Shown: positions 27,026 through 32,955 of the stretch, in pieces | Numbering within the stretch: position 1 is the first letter of the stretch | Layout of the letters: each line of letters begins with the position of its first letter | Assembly: GCA_030595255.1 (NCBI GenBank) | Contig: JAUVDP010000012.1 | Coordinates: 1 to 32,955, forward strand | Length of the DNA stretch: 32,955 nucleotides | Source: Mycoplasmatota bacterium | GTDB taxonomy: Bacteria; Bacillota_I; Bacilli_A; Izemoplasmatales; Izemoplasmataceae | Direction of reading: 5' to 3' | Notes under the pieces: model-generated | Seen by the model: only the letters and a program-made list of their open reading frames with translations | Databases searched by the model: none | Told to the model about the DNA's origin: nothing | Position numbers and translations under genes: made by a program

Positions 27026-27034
27026 ATTATACAA
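27026..27034 (-). promoter_or_regulatory. extended -10 (TTGTATAAT) promoter for the TIR operon
   Basis: The reverse complement of 27026-27034 is TTGTATAAT, about 85 nt upstream of the start codon. Confidence 0.3.
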
Positions 27035-27076
27035 TACGAAGTTCAGTATTTAAAGATTTTTTGATAATTCATATAC

Positions 27077-27111
27077 AAAAAAAACAACACTTGATAACCC
27101 CAAGTGTTGTT
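27077..27111 (-). terminator. terminator of rplY/ctc
   Basis: AACAACACTTG..CAAGTGTTGTT followed by T8 on the minus strand. Confidence 0.5.
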
Positions 27112-27128
27112 TAATTTAACTATTTATA

Positions 27129-27731
27129 TTATTCGTCTTTTTGATTAATTACTTCTACTTCAGTAACTTCATCTTGTTCTTCTGTTTCTTCTTCTTCAAT
27201 TATTTCACGATGCATAGAAGCACTTACTACAACATTTTCAAGTTCTTGAAGAACTTTTATACCTTCAGGTAATACGATATCTTTAACAAGAAGTGAATCA
27301 TTTTCTTCTAAACTTGAAACATCTAATTCTAAATGAGAGATTCCTTTACCTACCGCATATTCAATGTCGAGTGTATGTAAGACAATATTTAAATCTAATC
27401 CTTTTTTCTTAACTGCGTCAGCATTTAACAATTCTAAATTTACATTAGAAACTAGAGTATCATCAAGAGATACTTTTAACAAGTCAAAATGAGTAACTTG
27501 ATTATAGTTAAGATGAGAAGTATGTATATCTTTTATGTAAACAAGATGTTTTTTACCTTCTAATTTAATTTCAAAAGTTTTTGATTTACCATTTTCTAAA
27601 TAACAATGAATAAATTCAGATCTTTGTGCTTTTACTGATTTTGAATCAATACCTTTTCCATAAAGAACACCTGGAATTTCTTGTAATGAAACAACTTTAC
27701 TTCCTTTTTTTGTACGTAATTTTATGTCCAA
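27129..27731 (-). CDS. rplY: 50S ribosomal protein L25 / general stress protein Ctc (long form with an acidic C-tail)
   Basis: ..KVVSLQEIPGVLYGKG.. is the bL25 signature. The acidic tail is EEEETEEQDE. The likely start is TTG 27731 (LDIKLRTKKG), with SD AAGGAGTGGAG 6 nt upstream. The track start at 27797 lies upstream of the SD. Confidence 0.75.
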   Translation of the reverse strand: MDIKLRTKKGSKVVSLQEIPGVLYGKGIDSKSVKAQRSEFIHCYLENGKSKTFEIKLEGKKHLVYIKDIHTSHLNYNQVTHFDLLKVSLDDTLVSNVNLELLNADAVKKKGLDLNIVLHTLDIEYAVGKGISHLELDVSSLEENDSLLVKDIVLPEGIKVLQELENVVVSASMHREIIEEEETEEQDEVTEVEVINQKDE

Positions 27732-27850
27732 TTTACTCCACTCCTTTTTATATTTATTACTTATTATACCACACTTATTATTATTAACATAATTCAATAT
27801 TTTAACTAAAAAAACTACAGTAATTTATCATCGTTTCTAATCTATTTATT

Positions 27851-28354
27851 TCAATCATATGTAGTTGTATTTGTGATTACTAAATCTGAATAAACCACAT
27901 GAATTATTCCTTCTTTAACGTATTGATTTAAGACTTCAGATAAGATAACTTCTGTCCGAACAGTAATTTCAATCCAGTTATTTTTTTGACTAATTCCAAT
28001 TGATTTAATCTCAAATTCTTTCATTCTTGATAATAGAATTTTTTTAATACTTTCTAGTTTTGCTTCGCTATGTTGTACTAGTTTTATTTTAAGTCCTGAT
28101 TGTTCAACAGAAGCTAGTACATAATCTGGTGCGCCTTCAACGATAGCCATTGTAAGTGCATGATTTTCATCATAAAATATACCTGCATAATAATGATTAT
28201 ATTTATAATATACTTCCTCAGCTTTATAATGCGGAAATGATACATCTAATTCAAATGGATTATCTTCTAAAACTTCATTTTCACTTTCTTTACTACACCC
28301 TGTTAATACTAATATCATAATTATAATTACAAATACTTTTTTCACACCAATCAC
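27851..28354 (-). CDS. hypothetical lipoprotein
   Basis: MIGVKKVFVIIIMILVLTGC is a signal peptide plus lipobox. 167 aa. Confidence 0.5.
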   Translation of the reverse strand: MIGVKKVFVIIIMILVLTGCSKESENEVLEDNPFELDVSFPHYKAEEVYYKYNHYYAGIFYDENHALTMAIVEGAPDYVLASVEQSGLKIKLVQHSEAKLESIKKILLSRMKEFEIKSIGISQKNNWIEITVRTEVILSEVLNQYVKEGIIHVVYSDLVITNTTTYD

Positions 28355-28412
28355 TCCCTTAAATTTATTTTATCATTTTGAATAAATACTAATCAATTTT
28401 TAAAAGTAAGTT

Positions 28413-28439
28413 ACAAAAAAACGACCCTAAAGGTCGTTT
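28413..28439 (-). terminator. terminator of the 28451-28699 gene
   Basis: AAACGACC-CTAAA-GGTCGTTT, with a U-tract on the minus strand. Confidence 0.45.
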
Positions 28440-28450
28440 ATAGTATTTTT

Positions 28451-28699
28451 TTATCCTCCACCAACAAAATGAGTAAAGACAACATCATCTCCATCATTAA
28501 TAGGCTCATTAAATCTTGCTGGATGTACTACTTTATCAATATTAACAAAGACTACAGCTTGTTCAAAATCTTTTAAATCTAAATTAGGAAGTATTCCCTT
28601 TAATTCTGAGATTATTTCATTGATAGTTCCAGGTTTAACTTCAAAAGTATGTTGTTGATATTTACTTCTAAGTAAATGTAAAAATCTAACTGTTACCAT
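28451..28699 (-). CDS. MoaD/ThiS-like beta-grasp sulfur-carrier protein (second copy in the window) ending in GGG
   Basis: 82 aa ending ..DGDDVVFTHFVGGG. The pattern parallels the MoaD C-terminus (..DGDEVAFFPPVTGG). SD AAAGGAAGT. Confidence 0.5.
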   Translation of the reverse strand: MVTVRFLHLLRSKYQQHTFEVKPGTINEIISELKGILPNLDLKDFEQAVVFVNIDKVVHPARFNEPINDGDDVVFTHFVGGG

Positions 28700-28766
28700 A
28701 ATATTACTTCCTTTCGTCTTTATTATGTAATTATTATAGCATACATATTTAAAAATCTCGAGGTAT

Positions 28767-29339
28767 CTACTTAGTCACAGACTTTGCTATCTCTTTTATT
28801 CTAGTAAATAACTTATTATAAACATTTTTAATTCTTTCTTCAGTTACATAGTTCATAACCTCATCAATATAAAACCAATTTACAGCTGAGTTTTCATCTT
28901 CTTTAACAATTAACTTTTCAAACTCATCTGCGATTAACAAGTATGTAGCATTTAAATGTAAATGGTCTCCTACAAATTTACCATTCTTTTTATGATTTTC
29001 AACTTGTATAATATCTATACCAATAATATCTTCATTATATATAGTTATGTTATTAACACCTGTTTCTTCTTTAGCTTCTTTAATTGCTACTTCTAGTAGA
29101 TTAGGATTGCCATCGTTATGTCCACCAACCCAACCCCAAGAGTTGTATATATTATGATGGATAAATAAAACTTTATCCATCACTTTATTTACTACTATAG
29201 CTGATGATGTTACGTGAGCTACTAAGTTTGTTCTATCAAGACAATCTTGATTATTATTAATAAAACTCAATATTGCTTTTTTATCTACTAATTCTTGTTC
29301 ACACTGTGGTAAATAATTTTTAAACTTTTTAAGATACAT
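28767..29339 (-). CDS. Nudix hydrolase
   Basis: GGHNDGNPNLLEVAIKEAKEETGV fits the Nudix box Gx5Ex7REuxEExGu, with K in place of R. Confidence 0.6.
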   Translation of the reverse strand: MYLKKFKNYLPQCEQELVDKKAILSFINNNQDCLDRTNLVAHVTSSAIVVNKVMDKVLFIHHNIYNSWGWVGGHNDGNPNLLEVAIKEAKEETGVNNITIYNEDIIGIDIIQVENHKKNGKFVGDHLHLNATYLLIADEFEKLIVKEDENSAVNWFYIDEVMNYVTEERIKNVYNKLFTRIKEIAKSVTK

Positions 29340-29365
29340 CTTCTCACCTACTTATTCATAATTAC

Positions 29366-30091
29366 CTATTCTGCAGAATAGCAAAATCTTGTTAAATTAT
29401 TTAGATATGCTATAGCTGCTACTGTTGTTCCATAAAATATTACATCTTTATCACTTAATAATCCATCTATTGTATCATTCACTACAGTTGATCCTGTAGC
29501 TACAATTAATTCACAATTTTCTATAATGTCTTCAGTAGATTCAGGTCCTTCAACTACAGCATCATTAAATACTTTGTTAAAATTATCTTTATCTAAGTCT
29601 ACTATTCTAATACTAAAACTTTTTGATAGTGCTTGAGCCATTCCTGGTTGTAACCCAATAAGTCCAATACTAGGATTACCATACTGTTCACCTATATAAT
29701 TTACTAATTGATTTGCACATATTCCTAGTTCTTCATTTTTACAATGTATTGTTGCTTCAATTAGTCCTAAATACTTTAAAACTGCATTCATCGTAGCAAT
29801 AAGAATTGCACGTTCAAAATTATTAGTTAATTTTAAATCAAGAATATCTTTTAGCTTGCCTTTATAACTTCCTGGTTCATCTGTATAAGCTTGTCCTTTG
29901 CTATTTTTAAACGTTGCTTCAATTAATACTTCTTTACCTTTTAATATAGGGTAATCATCTCTTTCAGGTTGCCCAACCGCTTGGTAAGGAGTTAATGTTT
30001 TAGCAGAGATAATTTCAATCTCTTCATTCATCAAATTATTTTCTAATAATATTTGAACAAACTTTTCTTTTGATTTATCTAATAAACTCAT
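29366..30091 (-). CDS. hypothetical protein, possibly a DUF4213/DUF364 (Rossmann-like, 'putative metal chelation') family member
   Basis: 241 aa and soluble. The ..IVATGSTVVNDTIDGLL.. segment is Rossmann-like. The family assignment is from memory only. Confidence 0.3.
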   Translation of the reverse strand: MSLLDKSKEKFVQILLENNLMNEEIEIISAKTLTPYQAVGQPERDDYPILKGKEVLIEATFKNSKGQAYTDEPGSYKGKLKDILDLKLTNNFERAILIATMNAVLKYLGLIEATIHCKNEELGICANQLVNYIGEQYGNPSIGLIGLQPGMAQALSKSFSIRIVDLDKDNFNKVFNDAVVEGPESTEDIIENCELIVATGSTVVNDTIDGLLSDKDVIFYGTTVAAIAYLNNLTRFCYSAE

Positions 30092-30185
30092 AATACACCT
30101 CGCTATATATTTTAATAATATTTATAAATACAAATCATTTTTCCATGTTAATATACAATAATATTTTAACATACATATGTAAAAA

Positions 30186-30216
30186 AAGGCACTATCTTTT
30201 GATAGTACCTTTTTTA
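30186..30216 (-). terminator. terminator of the EAL gene; member of a second repeated hairpin family
   Basis: AAAAAAAGGCACTATC-TTTT-GATAGTACC followed by TTTTTT. The 15-nt 5' arm is identical to 32916-32930. Confidence 0.5.
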
Positions 30217-30291
30217 AAATTTATCTTGTTGTAATGGTGTTTATAGTGTTTTGCAGAGTATCTTAATAGAGTTTTATTTATTATTAGGCTT

Positions 30292-32649
30292 TCACTTCAG
30301 TATTTTGCTACTTTTTACAGGCAAAGAATAATAATAACCTTGACCATATATTGCGTTGTATTCCTTTACTTTATCTTCCATAATTCGGGTTTCGATACCT
30401 TCAACCACTACATTTATACCTGTTTTAGCGGTATAGTCAAGAATCATTTCAACCATTGTAGCTGCATTCTCATTTTCAAGGGAATACCAAAAAAACTGTT
30501 TATCAATTTTTAAATAATCTATAGGCAAACGGAGAAGATTATTAATTGAAGAAAATCCACTACCAAAATCATCTAAAGATATTTTTACACCTAGTTTTTT
30601 TATCTGTAATAATATTTTTAATAATTCTTTATCTGTTTTATAAAACATCGTTTCAGTTAATTCTAATATTAGGTATTTAGGGTCGTAGTTATTTTCTTTT
30701 AATAATTGTTCAATTAACTGATAAATATTATCGTTATATAATTGAACAACTGAAATGTTTACCGACATCATAATCGATTTACCATATTTCTTTTTATATT
30801 CTTGCCCAAATTTAATAGCTGATTTAAGAATAAATTCTCCTATTTCAACAATACTCTTGTTCTTTTCAGCAATTGGAATAAAATTATCAGGATATACCAC
30901 CCCTAGTTCACGGTTTTTCCAGCGAATCAATATTTCATATCCATAAATTTCCCCAGAACTCAAGTCAATAATAGGCTGAAAAACAGGGTAAAACTCATTT
31001 CTTTCTAATGCACGATTTAATTCCTTCTCAATGGTTAATTCCATCAATATAGCATCCTTTTTTTCTACATCATAAAATTGTATTGTTGTTTCCAATGGAT
31101 TATGCCCCATCGTTGTTAAATTTAAATTTACAAGTAATTCTTTAACTGGTAAATTATTATTTAGATATATACATCCCAGCCTATGTTCAAGAAAAATATT
31201 AGATTGCCCTATATGAAAAACTTTTGAAAGATTCTTAATCAAAGTATTAGCAATTTTAGATATCTCTTTCTTATTTATATTATTATAAGATAAGAAGACA
31301 AAACTTGTAGTAGTAATTCTTGTTAAAAATGTATCTTCATCCATATTGGATTGCAAAAGTTTAGTAATTTCTCTAGTAAGATTTGTTGCTTGTTCATATC
31401 CATATATTTGTGTTAGTAAAAGAAGATTGGATATATGCACTTGCAATAGATATCCACTTTTTCTTTCTCCTTGAAGAATTTCTTGAAGCTTAACATGATT
31501 ATCAAGGTTAGTCTCTGAATCTTTGTATATAATTTGATATTGAGCATCTTTTATCCTAGTAAGCATATTGTTAAGTTCTAATGAAATTATTGATAATTCA
31601 TCATCCCATTTATCTACTACTTTCATAGATAAATCTCCTTCTCCAACTTTTTCCATCACATCACTAATAGATTTTATTCGCGATGATAAAAATTTCGAAA
31701 ATTTGATAGTCGCTAAAAAAATGATAATCACTAATGAAACTATTAACAGTATACTGTAAAAAATAAGTTCGTTTGATTTTTCATTTAAAATACTACTTGG
31801 AATAACCCTATAATAATACCAACCTGTTGTTGTAGAATGATATGAAAAAACTACTTTTGAAATACCATTTTCCTCAACTTTATAAAGTTCATCACTAGTT
31901 TCATCATACATAGGTAATGTAAAATCAAGTACACTAGCGTCTTCAAATAAAAGTGTCCCATCAGGATGTGACATGATAATATTTTGATCTGAAATGATAA
32001 TATTATAAGGTTGATTATAACCTTCGAAATCAGTAGTTAACAAAGACAGTTTTTCTAAAGTGATATCAGCACCTACAACACCTATAAGAATTCCACTTTT
32101 ATCATGTACAGCCTTGACTGTTCCAAGATTAATGTCGTTTGTTGTAACAGATTTATAAGGCTCTGTAAGTTGAACTGTATTTGGGTTTTGAACTGCTAAT
32201 TTATACCAAATACGAACTCGAGGATCATAACTAGTGCTTCTAGCACGTGGATGACTTCGTACAAAAGCTCCGTTTATAGTTCCGTAATAAACAGAATTCA
32301 TATATGAATGATTGAGTCTATAAGCATTTAACAAATCAATAATTTGTTGTTCCTCGTCTGTTATATTATACTCAAAAGTGTCTTCATCAGCATTAATAAA
32401 ATTAGTAAAATCTTGATCACTTTCATATTGAAGTAATAAATTTTCAGATAACGTCATTACTTCATTTTCAGCAGTTTCAAGAAGAGTTGATACCTCCGAA
32501 TCAATATTCTGAAGTTCTTCCATAGATAAGACCGTATTATGTTCACGGATTTCATTGAGTACAATGATACTACTTATTATTGTATATAAAACCAATGGTA
32601 CAATCCCTATAAATGCCAATGCTCGAAATATTTTTTTATAAATACTCAC
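30292..32649 (-). CDS. membrane sensor c-di-GMP phosphodiesterase: TM, Cache-like periplasmic domain, TM, HAMP, degenerate GGDEF, EAL
   Basis: The N-terminal TM is followed by an extracytoplasmic segment of about 270 aa, then a second TM (ILLIVSLVIIIFLATI). HAMP: KFLSSRIKSISDVMEKVGEGDLS. The middle domain lacks a GG(D/E)EF motif. The EAL domain is intact: YEILIRW, LILELTE, DDFGSGFSS, KIDKQF, VVEGIET, QGYYYS. GTG start with SD AGGAGG. Confidence 0.85.
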   Translation of the reverse strand: MSIYKKIFRALAFIGIVPLVLYTIISSIIVLNEIREHNTVLSMEELQNIDSEVSTLLETAENEVMTLSENLLLQYESDQDFTNFINADEDTFEYNITDEEQQIIDLLNAYRLNHSYMNSVYYGTINGAFVRSHPRARSTSYDPRVRIWYKLAVQNPNTVQLTEPYKSVTTNDINLGTVKAVHDKSGILIGVVGADITLEKLSLLTTDFEGYNQPYNIIISDQNIIMSHPDGTLLFEDASVLDFTLPMYDETSDELYKVEENGISKVVFSYHSTTTGWYYYRVIPSSILNEKSNELIFYSILLIVSLVIIIFLATIKFSKFLSSRIKSISDVMEKVGEGDLSMKVVDKWDDELSIISLELNNMLTRIKDAQYQIIYKDSETNLDNHVKLQEILQGERKSGYLLQVHISNLLLLTQIYGYEQATNLTREITKLLQSNMDEDTFLTRITTTSFVFLSYNNINKKEISKIANTLIKNLSKVFHIGQSNIFLEHRLGCIYLNNNLPVKELLVNLNLTTMGHNPLETTIQFYDVEKKDAILMELTIEKELNRALERNEFYPVFQPIIDLSSGEIYGYEILIRWKNRELGVVYPDNFIPIAEKNKSIVEIGEFILKSAIKFGQEYKKKYGKSIMMSVNISVVQLYNDNIYQLIEQLLKENNYDPKYLILELTETMFYKTDKELLKILLQIKKLGVKISLDDFGSGFSSINNLLRLPIDYLKIDKQFFWYSLENENAATMVEMILDYTAKTGINVVVEGIETRIMEDKVKEYNAIYGQGYYYSLPVKSSKILK

Positions 32650-32915
32650 GATTACACCTCCTTACTGGTTCTGATAGAATGAAAGGTTTATCATCGAGTA
32701 CTCATAACCACCCTTTTATATCAGAATTATATCATGTTATAATTATAAAGTAAATTTTCGTATTTCTCTGCATACTTTATATGTTCTTTAAATCTCTTTT
32801 TAAATAGTATTATCAGCAAGAATTTTTTTTATATATAATCTAATATCATATTTCATAATATATGTATATATTTTTTCTTAGTGTTTCAATAAAATATAAC
32901 TTCATTACACGAAAA

Positions 32916-32955
32916 AAGGCACTATCACATGAAATTAGTGATAGCACCTTGTTAT
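32916..32955 (-). terminator. hairpin + U-tract at the window edge (terminator of a gene beyond the window end); second copy of the GGCACTATC repeat
   Basis: AAAAAAGGCACTATCAC-atgaaattag-TGATAGCACC. A U-tract on the minus strand follows at 32905-32915. Confidence 0.35.

Noticed and set aside
30755-31759. Plus-strand ORFs 30755-30946 and 31568-31759.
   Set aside because: They are antisense to the EAL sensor gene.
1-32955. CRISPR arrays, IS elements/transposase, integrase or prophage genes.
   Set aside because: No regularly spaced direct repeats were seen, and no transposase- or integrase-like ORF. The only repeats are the short terminator-hairpin families and the fic operator duplicates.

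Overview
The window is AT-rich (about 28-30% GC) with Shine-Dalgarno sites of the AGGAGG/GAGGTG type, and reads like the chromosome of a low-GC anaerobic Firmicute (Clostridia, Tissierellia or Erysipelotrichia); the organism guess is inference. The 5' third is a tungsten/molybdopterin island. A minus-strand operon, tupA-tupB-tupC-moeA, encodes a tungstate ABC importer and MoeA, and is preceded by a Moco/Tuco-type riboswitch with a terminator expression platform. Divergent from it is a plus-strand operon: a tungsten-type aldehyde:ferredoxin oxidoreductase, a radical-SAM/SPASM enzyme, MoaD and a short ThiF/MoeB-like E1. Further on the plus strand are a CPA-type cation/proton antiporter and a three-gene NuoF-like / FdhA (Cys-type) / NuoE-like NAD-linked formate dehydrogenase operon. 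The middle of the window holds accessory-looking genes. There are two paralogous XRE-HTH regulators with membrane anchors; one has no usable start codon. There is a Fic protein whose catalytic His is replaced by Gln, with tandem operator-like palindromes upstream. The window also holds a YbaN-like protein, a tRNA-Leu(GAG) and a guanylate-kinase-like gene. An ABC-F ATPase sits between two paralogous polytopic membrane proteins. The most unusual locus is a tightly coupled four-gene minus-strand operon at 22985-26937. It encodes a zinc-ribbon + TIR-domain + TPR-like protein, a zinc-ribbon membrane protein, an SPFH (COG4260/YdjI-like) protein with a C-terminal zinc ribbon, and a small lysine-rich protein. 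I could not map this to any described TIR defence system, and it resembles a PspA-less ydjGHI membrane-stress module fused to a TIR effector. The 3' end carries rplY/ctc (L25), a lipoprotein, a second MoaD/ThiS-like GG-tail protein with a Nudix hydrolase and a Rossmann-like protein, and a Cache-HAMP-(degenerate GGDEF)-EAL c-di-GMP phosphodiesterase. Two families of near-identical terminator hairpins recur. No CRISPR array, IS element or prophage was seen.
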